From Eledone cirrhosa (lineage: Eukaryota), in assembly GCA_964016885.1 (NCBI GenBank), contig OZ024741.1, positions 375,162,001 through 375,226,000 on the forward strand: DNA of 64,000 nt, given 5' to 3'. The notes beneath the pieces were generated by a model that was not told the origin of the DNA, made no database searches, and saw nothing but the letters and a program-made list of their open reading frames with translations. The translations under genes were made by a program, and so were the position numbers. Shown piece after piece: positions 12,787 to 25,308 of this stretch; within the stretch, counting starts at the first letter, position 1, and the number at the start of each line of letters is the position of its first letter.

Positions 12787-13535
12787 AGGCGACGAATTGG
12801 CAGGGTCGCTAGAATGTCGGATAGAATGTCTTCGTATTTCTTCCGGGCTACTGCACTCTGAGTTCAAATCTCTCCGGGATCACGTCTACCGTTCATTCTT
12901 TCGAGGTGGATAAATAAACTACCAGTTCAGTACTGGAGATTGATTCTTGCTCCATCTCTTATAACTTTTTCCTTGACCTCTTTCCTTTCCTTGTTCAAAC
13001 CTGGAGAGGGAAGGGCTCCGTCAGGTTTAAAATACCCAAGACACGCTGTGTGTCGCGACGGTAACCACACGACATCACCAAGAGATGAGGACCCTTTCAT
13101 CTCCTTTCCTTTTGTGATAATAACTTGCAAGGATGGAGCATTTGATCTTCTACTTTCATAAATCATAAATAAGCGACAAAAGACTGTGAATGATATGAAT
13201 TCTGCTTTATTTGGCAGTATCGGTACAGGGTGGAGGGTGGAACACCATGCTTTGACACATAGAGTTACGGCCCTTGCTATTCTGAGTTCATATCCCGCCG
13301 AGGTTAACTTTGCCTTTCATCCTTACGGGGTCGATAAAATAAAGTACCAGTAATGCACTGGGTAATTGCTGACCTTGTGCCAAAAGTAGAAACAATTATT
13401 ATTTCACTTATAAATCCCGCTTAGGTCATCTGTGACTTTCATCGTTCCGGGGACGATAAAATAAAGTACCAGTTAAGTAGTAGGGTTCCCTTCCCCCAAA
13501 TTGCTGTCCTTGTGCCAATGTTAGAAATAATTATT
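12787..13535 (+). mobile_element. SINE cluster (long variant, full copy, fragment)
   Basis: Family motifs at ~12787, ~13211 and ~13410. Confidence 0.7.
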
Positions 13536-13957
13536 TAAAAAAAGTTAGTTCAGAATAATATTCGAAAATAAATATGTTATATGCCGTGGTTATTTTAACG
13601 TGCAGTCGACCCCTATTTGTGTAGTTCTAAATTTAGTTTTGTGCAGTCCTAAATCTAATTTATGTAGTTCTAAATCTAATTTTATATAGTTCTAAATCTA
13701 ATTTTATGCAGTAATTTAGTTTTTTATGTTAAATACTACATGCGCTTACGAGGTAAATGGTAGCTAAAAGGCCTAAAAACACTTATAAAATGTTAAAAAC
13801 AGTGAGCAGAGAAGATGAAACATTAGGTTATGATAGATGCCTCGAAAATGTGTGTAGTTCTGAAAATGTTCTTAAAATAAACCCTGGTTTCAAACCTTTC
13901 CAAAATATGCGCACACATCTTTTATAGTTATATAATAAATGTCTTATCTAATTAAAA

Positions 13958-14001
<44 letters not shown>

Positions 14002-14023
14002 ATATATAATTATAATAATAATA

Positions 14024-14056
<33 letters not shown>

Positions 14057-14100
14057 ATATATATTATATATATATAAAATATTATTATAGTAGAAACAAT

Positions 14101-14168
<68 letters not shown>

Positions 14169-14814
14169 CATATATATATATTTTAGATATATATATATAT
14201 ATATATTTATATACATACATATATATACCCCCTCTGTCAGTTACACTTTCTCTCGACTGGCCACTTCCACTCACTCACTCTCTGTTTCTCCCCTTCTCAC
14301 TTCCCCGCGTTTGGCCTGTGTGGGTTCTCTTCTTGCTCACATCTCACTCACGTCGGATGGTCTGTATCTCGCTCGCTCATGAAATCCACCCAGTTTAAGC
14401 TGACCGGATAACCATGTTGCTTGTTTTTTCCTATCTTTGCGTTGCTATCTATCCTTCTTGTTTGTTTACTTGTCTCGCCCTCTTTACGCGATTTACTTGT
14501 CCCAATAGCTTTATTTAGCTATTGCTCGCACCAACCGGGGGTATATGATTTTTAAAGCGATGAAATACCAATGAAGGTTGGAAAATCACTGACGAAGGAC
14601 TATTTTTATCATATGTAACCCATGTGCAACCACGCAGTATTCTTTCTTCTCATGTTTATATATATATGTAAAGCCAGCAATTACTCCAGTGAATTACTGG
14701 TGCTTTATTTTATCGACCCCGTAGGGATGAAAGGCGAAGTTGACCTCAGCGGGATTTTACCTCAGACCGTAAAGGACCGTAACTCCCTGCTGCAGAGCAT
14801 AGTATCCGACGCTA

Positions 14815-15310
14815 TATACAATGATAGTTGCGAAGGCCAGATATAGACATTCATTTTATTCATAATCTGCCAAAATACATATTTCTATGGCGGTCATGAT
14901 TACGTAAGGCTGTCATCAGGCAACCACAAACACGACTTCTAATTCAATATAGGCTATCGATAAGGGGACGGACGGTTTCAATGTTTCTTCTACGGTAGTC
15001 CGTCCCCTTATGAGCCCGAGTTACTCTTAACACTTGCTCGTAGCCGTGGGTATGGGGGATTAATTATCTATCCACCACCCGTTATCGATAGCCAACATTG
15101 AATTAGAAATGTTAGATAACAACAAAGATGCTGTCTGATGAATTTGTGAGGGTGGTTGCGTAATGGTGAACACCACAGAAATACGTATTACGGTAGATTA
15201 CAATTTTTAGAATTTCACTGATACTTGTATCAAATATAAAGAGGAATGATTGATTACAAAGAAAATGAATTATAAATTTCTACATCTGGCCTTCGCAATT
15301 ATTACTGTAC
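14815..15310. repeat. Degenerate inverted repeat with hammerhead-like cores (PLE pLTR-like)
   Basis: TTGCGAAGGCCAGAT / ATCTGGCCTTCGCAA and TTCTAATTCAAT..GGCTATCGATAA / TTATCGATAGCC..ATTGAATTAGAA; CTGATGA..GAAA in each arm. Confidence 0.6.
15129..15195 (+). ncRNA. Type I hammerhead ribozyme motif (degenerate stem II)
   Basis: TGCTGT-CTGATGA-...-GAAA-TACGTA-TT-ACGGTA; stem I 6 bp (2 G-U pairs), palindromic stem III. Confidence 0.45.
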
Positions 15311-15903
15311 GTATATTCTGCCTTGGACTACCAAATCATATTTTGAAGGCTACACATGACATTGAGTGCTTGAACCTAATTGCATCATAATTTACTGATT
15401 GGAGTGTTGCATACGCAACCATGGCTGATCAACATGTTATAACAAATGTTTTTAGGTATTTGTGCTTACAGTTGAATATCCTATCTTGTCTAGAGTTCAG
15501 GCATTTCTTTCCAGTACTTCCCTCGCACAAAATCACAATTGTATTCTTTCCCGTCGGAAAGGATGGGCGAATCATAGAATGGACCACGACAGAGTATATT
15601 TTATTTTTTTCATTTTTTTAATTCCCATATTTTCCTAGCTAAAGCGGTAGATTTTCGAAGCTCAGTATTTTTAAACGAATGGGTATGTACGTACCATCTT
15701 TTCTTCAAAAAGTTGGATGTGGACCCCCACATATGTAAATATCCCATTGCTTGCTGTAACTTTGCACCGGTACACAATGTTGTTATTCATAATCACTCCA
15801 CAAATTTGATTTTACCAATGAAAAGTGAAAACTATCTTATCATCTTATATATTCGTGTATATATATATTGGAAAATGTATGAAATCCTTGGTACAGTTTG
15901 GTA

Positions 15904-16185
15904 TATTTGAAAAAAGGAAAAGAATGACTTTACACTGTAGTTTTAAACAATTTGATTTAATTTTATAATATTATAATATTATGAGTTGGTAGATCTAGTA
16001 AGTTCTTTGTTAACTTCGGTGGGAAGATTTGTAAAGATTCCTGGTTAACCTTTCTGGAGAACTTTCTCGCATTCGTCTGTGGCGATTGTCAAACTGAGAT
16101 CAGTTCGACAATCGCTACCGCCGACGAATTATAAAATTAAATCAAATTGTTTTGAAATACAAGTGAAGCCATTCTTCTTCTTTTT

Positions 16186-16192
<7 letters not shown>
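15904..16192. repeat. ~65-bp inverted repeats; related copy at ~30500-30650
   Basis: ATATTTGAAAAAAGGAAAAGAATGAC...AACAATTTGATTTAATTTTATAAT versus ATTATAAAATTAAATCAAATTGTT...CATTCTTCTTCTTTTTTAAATAT. Confidence 0.6.
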
Positions 16193-16243
<51 letters not shown>

Positions 16244-16854
16244 CAACAAGCTCAAAATTCCATGGTCATCGACCGTTGAAATGGACGTAGACTGTTTCAA
16301 CCCATATCGACGGCACCACTGATCCATCTGAGATCACATTGTCAGACAAAATAGTCAAACACAGGCCTTAAGTATTAAGTCAAAAACAGAACAAAACAAA
16401 TCAAATCAAAACTTATGTGTAAATAATTAAGTCATTAAATTGGACCTGGCGACGAAAACACACAGAGAACGTGACGCGCAGAGGAGAACAAGATGGCGTG
16501 GAAGACACTTAGATGAAAGAACGAGACAATAGTCTTATGATAGGAAATGAGACGTAAGCATGCATGGTCCCGAAACTCCTGAGAGAGTCGTAAGGGTGTT
16601 ATATTGACACACGGCGTTTCTAGGACATTTTAAAACCTGGCGGAGCTCATCCCTCTTGAGACCTGAGTACAGCAGATTTCTTCCAGAGAAGGACAGACAG
16701 TGAGAGAGAGAGAGAGAGAGGAAGTGAGAAAGAGATATAGAGGAAGTATCGTCCCCAAGTACTAGACTGGTACTTATTTTTATCGATCATGAGTGGATGA
16801 AAGGCAAAAGAGGGAAGCCGCGTGCGACACAGTTCATTTTGGTGTCCTCTACAC

Positions 16855-17055
16855 CCGGCATGTCAAACATGCGGCCCTTTACAAGCACACCTGCGGCCCA
16901 CACAAAGGTTTTTACAGCGCTACCATGTTTTATCTTCGTAAGATAAAATAAAAAAAATTAGTTGTAATGTGCGCCATTAGTTGTCGTGTGTGGCCCTCAG
17001 ACAACACATATGTGACCCATGTGGCCCTCGGGGGACTCTCAGTTTGGCATGCCTG
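16855..17055 (-). mobile_element. hAT MITE, same family as 7972-8164
   Basis: TIRs CCGGCATGTCAAAC / GTTTGGCATGCCTG; TSD CTCTACAC/CTCTTCAC (7/8). Confidence 0.85.
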
Positions 17056-17173
17056 CTCTTCACCATCTTGTTGTGTATGTAACTTATGCAACTGTGGTTC
17101 CCTTCCCCTCCCCTTCGGAATAGCATTAATAATAATTATGAAGACCAAAATCCGAAAAGGGCTCGATAAGAAT

Positions 17174-17208
<35 letters not shown>

Positions 17209-17913
17209 GATAACAAAATATCGTTATAGGTAATCCAATTAGAGGTTGTGAATACTTCTTATTATGGATAGTTTTAGCGTACGGCCTTGCTTGACTCAAC
17301 AAGAGGTTTACGTAGATGAGTTTATGATTTCACTTGTATTCCTATGTAAGTTTATCTTGGAGTAATAATGTTGATAAAGTGGAGAATAACATAGTCAACT
17401 GTACAAAAAAAAGGGGATTTATTTGCAGTCTAACACTTGTTTCACTGATAGAGTTGTCTAAAAATTGTTGAACACTAAAAGCAGTGCCACTCAATTTTAA
17501 ATACGATGTTAACTCTATTAGATCTTCGGAAACTGTTAAAAATATATATATGTAACCGGCAAATTTACAAATTCAAATTACATCATCAATAATAATATTA
17601 ATAATAAAGATATAGAGAGAAAAGGAGGAAGAAAGGGAGATAGATACAGTAAAGAAAGAAAGGAAAGGAAGGAGAAAAAAGAAGACGGAAAAAGAAAAAG
17701 GAAAAGAGAAAGAAGAAGAAAAAGCAGAAATTATTATAGATAGAAATATAAAGAGAAGATATATAGAAGATGATGGTAGATAGAGATAGAGGAGAGATAA
17801 ACATAAGTAGAAATAACGTAGGATAGAAAGAAGAATAGAGGGACAAATAAATGAATAAACGTTAATACATGAATAAATGTAAATAAAAATAAAAGTAGAT
17901 ATATGAAAAATAT

Positions 17914-18355
17914 ATGAAAAAATATATAAATGACAAATATATAATTGACAAATGCCCTTTACAAAATAGATGCCTAGAGACAAATATAGTATACCTATGT
18001 ACTATAAATTCAGGTAGCTTAGCATGGCATTACATTGGTTCCACAGCTGCAGAGTTTAAGAAAAGGTGGTACGTACATAGACACTCTATGACTAACAGGA
18101 ATCTCTCAAAGACAACGACTCTCGCCAATAAAATCTGGCAACTCAAAGATGCAAACATGGAATATAAAATCAGCTGGACAAAGCTATCAAAAGCAAAGGC
18201 CTATCAAATTGGTATGTCCCACTGTGGTCTCTGTAATATGTAACTTTTCCAAATTTGTAATTACAATAAAAATTCTTCTTAACAGTAAAATTGAAAAAAA
18301 TATTTTTTGTCGACATAAATCGGCGACTAAATTTGAGAACTTTAGACCAGCTTAA
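17914..18355 (+). pseudogene. PLE GIY-YIG endonuclease domain fragment
   Basis: KCPLQNRCLETNIVY...YIGST...FKKRWYVHRHS...TTLANKIWQLK...ISW...CGLC, stop/frameshift, then LLNSKIE..CRHK: the characteristic PLE C-terminus. Confidence 0.85.
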
Positions 18356-18638
18356 TTCCATCTTATCTATTCCATAACCCAGATTGTACCACTTGGATCT
18401 ATTATGATATCACATTATCAACATCATCATCATTATAATTATAATTATAATTATAATCGTCATAATCTATCAAAGAACAACATCAAAATCTCTTATATTT
18501 ACATTCTTATTTTATATATCTCTATTTTTCACTCTTTATCTTTATATTTCTCTCCCTAAATTTATTTAATCTCTGTCATTTTATTTTATCATATAATATA
18601 ACTTAAAACTAATTAATTAATTTAATTATTAAAATACA

Positions 18639-18700
18639 AGGGCGGTGCCCCAGCATGGCCTCAGCCGGATGGCTGAAACAGGTAAAAGAGTAAAAGAGTA
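18639..18700 (+). mobile_element. RTE-type SINE/LINE 3' tail fragment
   Basis: GGCGGTGCCCCAGCATGGCC...GGCTGAAACAGGTAAAAGAGTAAAAGAG with a short tandem tail; similar tail near 39990-40020. Confidence 0.55.
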
Positions 18701-19734
18701 ATACACACATAAGTATATATAACATTATCATATTTTCACCTTATTATCTCTCCATATATTTCAACAATTCTCAAAAACCATTCTCAATAATTTTAATATG
18801 TTTAAATATTCTTTGCACATTTTTACTCTTTTTACTCCTTTTACGTATTTATTTTTATTCTTCATTTTCCACATTTTATACCATTTTATATCACATTAGA
18901 TATAACTTATTTATTTATTTATTTATTTATCAATTTTTATATATATTTTTATATGTATTTATATATATTTCCTGTCAGCATGACTTGGCAAGTTATTTAG
19001 AACACTGGTTTAACCGCTTTACTTCCCTCCGAAGAAGAGATATTATCTCGAAAATTAAGGACATTTAAATAAATCCAAGGTAAAAGACTAATTGTCAACA
19101 ATATCTTTTGCATTTACATTCTTTATTCTATGTCCATACCTGCATTGTTTTGGCTTTATTATACATATACAAACGTTTATATTTTTATATATTTTTTCAT
19201 ATATTTTTCATATATCTACTTTTATTTTTATTTACATTTATTCATGTATTAACGTTTATTCATTTATTTGTCCCTCTATTCTTCTTTCTATCCTACGTTA
19301 TTTCTACTTATGTTTATCTCTCCTCTATCTCTATCTACCATCATCTTCTATATATCTTCTCTTTATATTTCTATCTATAATAATTTCTCCTTTTTCTTCT
19401 TCTTTCTCTTTTTCTTTTTCTTTTTCTTTTTCCTTCTTCTTCTTTCTCCTCCCTTTCCTTTCTTTCTTTACTGTATCTATCTCCCTTTCTCTCTATATCT
19501 TTATTATTAATATTATTATTGATGATGTAATTTGAATTTGTAAATTTGCCGGTTACATATATATATTTTTTAACAGTTTCCGAAGATCTAATAGAGTTAA
19601 CATCGTATTTAAAATTGAGTGGCACTGCTTTTAGTGTTCAGCAATTTTTAGAAAACTCTATCAGTGAAACAATTGTTAGACTGCAAATAAATCCCCTTTT
19701 TTGTACTGTTGACCATGTTATTTTCCACTCTTTC

Positions 19735-19795
<61 letters not shown>

Positions 19796-20543
19796 GTAGA
19801 GAAAATAGTCATTATTAGTACGGATTAAAGTTTAAGCAAAGATGGTGTCAATATATATATACATATATATATATATATTTATATATAATAAGGGTTGACG
19901 GACCCACCATATTTATTAATGCCAGTACCGGTTCTATCTCAGCGCACTCAATGGGCAATGTAAAATACATTATCAGAGTATACACATAGTTATTTGCCTC
20001 AACACAACACACGTAAAACGGGTGCCTATAAGATTCTCGGACTCGAGTTTCTGCAGCACTAAAGCAGCAGTAAGGTGCACTGCACCATCTGTCTGCATAT
20101 ATTATGCAACACTGCACAATCGGCTTATGCGGCTTCATCAGCGGGTATCGCCTAATCAATAACCAATCGATCGACATAATCCAAAGACCGGCCCGTGCCG
20201 GTCATGACTGTTTGTGACAACCGATATATATATATATATCCCTTTCTCTAGGTTTCTTTCCACATTTCTTCATTTCTTAATTAACAATGCGTACCTTATT
20301 CTCCCCACCCGTCAATGTACCAACCTTTCTTTGTCTCCTCGTCACCCCAGCCATCGTACTAAACACTTTGCTCTATCGTTCTTTTGCACAGCTGGAATCC
20401 TCTTTCATTCCACCCCTTTTGTTTCTGCTGGTGTCGACCCACAAAAGTTCAAACTGAACCAGCCCCCGTTGTCACAAGTAATGGTCCTTCACTTCCCCCG
20501 ACTAATTAATAATAAAAAAAAGCATTGTTTTCTTTTGGACTTA

Positions 20544-20885
20544 GGAGGGTCGGCTGAAATATTCATAGGCTGACTATGAAGAAGTGATGCTAGAGCTGTG
20601 AAATCTTGCATTCATTAATTTCAACTCTTCTTATTTATAACTGCATAGTTTCTTTCCAGGTACTATGTTGAAAAAATAAACCTTATTTGGTCATTCCATG
20701 AGAGTATCTCGATCAACCTATGAAGGAATGATACTAGAGCTGTGAAATCTTGCGTGCATTAATTTTACCACTTCTTATTAATAACTGCATAGTTTCTTTC
20801 CAGGGATTATGTTGAAAAATAAAATTCATTTGGTCATTCCATGAGAGTATCTTGGTGAGTCTATGATCTTTTCAGCCGACTCTCG
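20544..20885 (+). mobile_element. Tc1/mariner-type MITE with internal tandem duplication
   Basis: TIRs GGAGGGTCGGCTGAAATATTCATAGGCT / AGTCTATGATCTTTTCAGCCGACTCTCG, TA flanks, ~150-bp internal duplication. Confidence 0.8.
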
Positions 20886-21129
20886 TATAGTGGTATTGGA
20901 GACGATAGTGAAGTTACTTCAAATGAGATAAAAAAAAACCCTTTGCCTCTGTCTTTTGCCTCTTGCTCTATGTGCCTTGTACCTCTCTCGGTTCCGACTA
21001 CGGACGTTCCAGTTTTTCGAAAAACTACAACAGTTTATCGTGAAATTAACGTGTAAGTGACTGAGCATCCACAGATATATTTATCCTTAACGTAGTTCTT
21101 AGGGAGATTCAACCCTTTGAATTACAGGT

Positions 21130-21232
21130 ACTAGTCGTTTTTTTCTAGGACACGCATCGTTGGGAATCGAACGCACAACACTACGATCGCGAGACGGCTC
21201 CCCCTTCTCCCTAAGCAATAAGCCACGCGCCG
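21130..21232 (-). mobile_element. tRNA-headed SINE fragment (second family)
   Basis: Reverse complement reads GGCGCGTGGCTTATTGCTTAGG...TCGCGATCGTAGTGTTGTGCGTTCGATTCCC; related to 53258 and 55937. Confidence 0.55.
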
Positions 21233-21804
21233 TCACAACAGCACTCCCCATAAACTGTTATATTATTAGTTCTCTCTCTATATATAGTTTCCAGGATTGT
21301 AAGGACACAGCTTCTTGTAGAATATCCCTGCTATCGTTTCATGGCAACAAGCTTCTATATTATAGCTATAATAACAAAAGTAATGTTAGTTGTGGCTGTC
21401 TCAAGTTAGATGATGCGAGGCGTTTATGTGTAAACTATTTCCGCTCGAAACTTTATGAACTCAATAGATATTAAAGTTTTGCAAAATACAATGGAACATT
21501 GTCAAGTGAAAAAAATGAGGATGTTATGAACAGATCACGCTTGTTTCTCTAGCACTGTTTCACTTTTATTAGTTCCCCTCCTTTCACAGTTCTCTTCATC
21601 CCTTATATTTTAAAACATAGTCAACATTCGTTGAATGACAAAATGTTTGAATAATATGTAAATGTTCTTTACTTTTTTTTTACTCTCCAAATATTATCTA
21701 TAGTCGGAAATAAAGTGATCCCTGCTTGTTGTTTATCCAGTTACACTCTTTGTTTACTATTTCGCATAAACAACAGAATTACCAGAGTATGTGTTTGCGC
21801 GCGC

Positions 21805-21835
<31 letters not shown>

Positions 21836-22039
21836 TGTGCACATGTCTTGGAGAACTGCAAAAAAAAAAAAAAGCCACAACAACCCATAACGTAATTCAA
21901 CCAACAACACCTAATCGTAAAGCGTCTTCGGAAAGAGGAAAAAAATTATCCAAAATCTTTTGGCTATATTAAATATATAACAATCGAATAAAAGGTTAGC
22001 GCCACTGAGTTTTGTCTTTGAAAACAGTTCTAATGATCG

Positions 22040-22087
<48 letters not shown>

Positions 22088-22198
22088 GTAATAATAATAA
22101 ATTTGAAGACTAAAATCCAAAGAGGGCTCGATAAGGATAAATATATATCAAATATATAAGAACCGTAGAGCAAATAATTTGGAGATAATTATAAAGAA

Positions 22199-22913
22199 TT
22201 TTGTATAAGTTCCCTGTGTCCACGTATTGCCTGGAAACTTAGCTGAGAATAGACTTCCCTGATAACGAAAGGCTTCTCCGTACGTTTCTTCGGAAACTAT
22301 GTTTATTCCCTTTCAGAAACTAATTAGTTGGAGTGAAATTTTAGTAAGCAAGTTAATTTTATAATTTTCTTATTTTGCGTCTCTCATATTATTGTTCTGC
22401 ATCCCCATGCATTGAACCACAAAGTTACTAAGACAAAACCTATATATTTGCTAGCATAAGTATGCATCTGTGTATATATATGTTACTAGATATATTAATT
22501 CTTTATAATTATCTCCAAATTATTTTGTCGAGCAAAAATTGGCCAAAACTGCTACTATAGTAACGGTCCGGCTGCTGTCTTCTTAACAAACCGCTCTTCA
22601 CTGATTGACCTCGATGTCACGTGACTGATTCTTTTGAATTTGCCACCGATGCAGTAGGCAGTGATTTTTTCAATGGCTTGGAATTTAGTCCACGCTTTGC
22701 TTTTTTTCCATCCACTGAATTATTTTTGTATAAGTTCCCTGTGTCCACGTATTGCCTGGAAACTTAGCTGAGAATAGACTTCCCTGATGACGAAAGGCTT
22801 CTCCGTACGTTTCTTCGGAAACTATGTTTATTCCCTTTCAGAAACTAATTAGTTGGAGTGAAATTTTAGTAAGTAAGTTAATTTTATAATTTTCTTATTT
22901 TACGTCTCTCATA
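22199..22913 (+). repeat. ~190-bp direct repeat pair (offset 525 bp), each carrying a hammerhead motif
   Basis: 22199-22388 is nearly identical to 22724-22913. Confidence 0.85.
22778..22859 (+). ncRNA. Type I hammerhead ribozyme motif
   Basis: TTCC-CTGATGA-cGAAAGG...CCTTTCa-GAAA-CTAATTAG-TT-GGAG: stem I TTCC/GGAG, stem II GAAAGG/CCTTTC, palindromic stem III, GUU cleavage triplet. The upstream copy has CTGATAA. Confidence 0.6.
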
Positions 22914-23105
22914 TATATATATATATATATATAACATCTTATATGCATAAATAACGGGTCGATATACTAATCGTTCCCTAGATATATATAACATTTCAAG
23001 CAACTTAGATATAAGGAGCATGTAAGAGATGGCAACATGAATGGACCTGTTATTTTTTCAATTCCACCCCGCCTCTCCCCTCAATCTATCTAATTTCCTT
23101 TTCTT

Positions 23106-23141
23106 TCTTCTGATGAAAGACTAGCGTCCGAAACATTAAGA
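23106..23141 (+). ncRNA. Minimal (dimer-type) hammerhead motif, degenerate
   Basis: TCTT-CTGATGA-AAGACTAGCGTCC-GAAA-CA-TT-AAGA. Confidence 0.4.
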
Positions 23142-23220
23142 CCCTCTTCCTGCTATTTCAAGTTAACCTAATATATTCCTTCCATATACTGTACCGATTG
23201 TGTTGTTATTTCTGTTTACT

Positions 23221-23300
<80 letters not shown>

Positions 23301-23636
23301 CACTGTTGCACTTTTCTTAGCTCCCCTTTTCACTCTTCTCTTCATTCCGCTAAATTTTCAAACTTAGTCAACATTCGTTGAATGAGAAATATAAATATAT
23401 ATATATATATTTATAATATTGTTGTGGTCGTGTTTTCGTTGGCAATCGTCTGTTTACGACAGTACAGCGCGGCTCTACTTTAGTTAACTGAGATAAAACT
23501 TATATGAGCATGAACAGTAGATCATTACGCATCTTTTGGCTTAAAAATCTAGAAATTTGGTCTAGCGGGAAAAAGTTTATAATCAAAGTTTGCTGATAAA
23601 TCTTGTGTTCAAGTGAGTGAGTAGTAAGCATGACGC

Positions 23637-23768
23637 TAGGGGAGGTAATCCAGAAATGACGAATTTTTTTCGGCGGAACTCTTGTGATTGTGATTACGTT
23701 AGTCAAATGTAGTCAAATCGCCGAATCCCCTCCTCCTAATTGACTACGTCATTTCTGAACGGCCCTAC
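23637..23768. mobile_element. Possible PIF/Harbinger-like MITE
   Basis: Imperfect TIRs TAGGGG..CCAGAAATGACG / CGTCATTTCTGAACGGCCCTA. Confidence 0.4.
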
Positions 23769-24338
23769 TTGCGTCAGTGTGAAACATTACTTCACTTTTT
23801 ACTGCTAAAATGCTTTTTAAATACTTCGTTAAAAATTTATGTTTATTATCAAAGCTATTTTTTGTACCAATCTATCAATAGTTTGCGAAAATATAGGTAA
23901 ACATGTGAGTTAAATTTTTTTTCATCGCATCGATCGCTTTGTCGCACCGACTGTGACACTGTCTGACTGTCTGTCTGACTGACACCTTTGTCGGACCGAC
24001 ACCTTTGTTCAAGCGGACAACTTTGTGTCACTGACACCTTTGTTCGAGCCGGCATCTCTGCGAAACACCGATGACAACAACCAAACCAAAATTTCACTTC
24101 ATTCTTCATTCTTCTTCAAGACCGATCGCCGACCGATCGTATCGGTTGCTCTTCATATACCAGGTATTCAACAGATAGTTTGCACTTCTAGTATTATTAA
24201 CAGTCGTGCGTTTTTTTGTACCGATAGGTGCGAATAGTGTGCTATATTTTTGTACCGATAGGTGCGAATAGTGCGATAGGTGCGAATAGTGTACAATATT
24301 TTCAGAGATTTGCATCCACTAATTTCACTTAATTAAAA

Positions 24339-25137
24339 ATGATGTTTCGCGGCTTTTTGATCGACTTATTCATTTTTTCCATGGCACGGAAATGGAGTAT
24401 TTCCATTTCGAATCAAAACTTTTCACTAAAATCGGGCAATTGGACTGATCAAATTCACATTCATGCCAGTTTTTACAAATCCATAATTAGAAATGTGGCG
24501 AAATCGAATGACCAGAAGGTATAAAAATATTAATAATTCAAATGTATCTACTTATCATACCAACAAAAATACTTAGATATTTTGTATACCTGGGGCCCGT
24601 CAGGGCCAGGTAATGTTAATCGCCAACATTGTTATCTGTTGTCCTTTTGTGAAAGTATTGGTGGTTCATGTCGGCTCTAATGATCTGAATCCTCGTCGCA
24701 CCGTTGGCACTACAAAGCTGTGCAAAGTAATACAATAATTTTTGCCCAAGTATTTTTTATTAATCATTTATTTGTAAATTAAGGACAAAGTGCCCATTCG
24801 AGGCACAAAACCGGAAAAACAGGGGAAGAGTCTCTTTGCAAGGCTACAGAAAATAGCGGAAAAGCACCACTGTACGCCCATTTTCTACAGTGGTGTCATT
24901 CCACGTCCACAAAGTGTAATTGAAAATAAAAATGACTTGGGCAAGAGAAATTCTCGTTTGGAAAAGTTTAATTACTGCATGAAAGAAATGATTCAAAAAT
25001 TGAACTTGCCCAATCTTCACAACATTGAAAATTGGTCAAAATTTGACAAATCTGACTTCAAACCAGATATGATTCATTTGAACAATGTTGGAAATCTTAA
25101 ATTGACACAAATTTTTGCCAATGTTTTTGCCACCTGA
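24339..25137 (+). CDS. Spliced SGNH/GDSL-like hydrolase (exons 24339-24518, 24577-24726, 24784-25137; 5' end uncertain)
   Basis: Two phase-0 GT-AG introns (58 and 57 nt) give a continuous frame: KSIIRNV (block I-like), IPGAR (block II), VVHVGSND (block III), YSGVIPR, DMIHLN..G (block V DxxH). Confidence 0.7.
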
Positions 25138-25308
25138 TCCTTGTTCTCTGGCTGACTGACTAATTTTGTGACTTAATAAAATGTCATCATACTAGTAATG
25201 CACAATGGTCATTTTTAAATTTAAATTTTATTAAATAGTTGTTGCTTGCATTGCCTTAAAATAGTAACAAGAATGTACACATACTTTTTAAAAATACAGC
25301 ATTATCAG

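Larger units (their letters stand above)
17376..19732 (+). mobile_element. Penelope-like element relic with ~560-bp inverted repeats
   Basis: ~17376-17935 is the reverse complement of ~19175-19732 (the antisense ORF translations are nearly identical). Encloses a GIY-YIG fragment and a degenerate hammerhead (CCT-CCGAAGA-AGAGATATTATCTC-GAAA-ATTA-AGG, ~19026-19060). Confidence 0.8.

Noticed and set aside
17573-19535. Hydrophobic 'membrane protein' ORFs (136 and 147 aa)
   Set aside because: Translations of the pyrimidine-rich inverted-repeat arms of the PLE relic.
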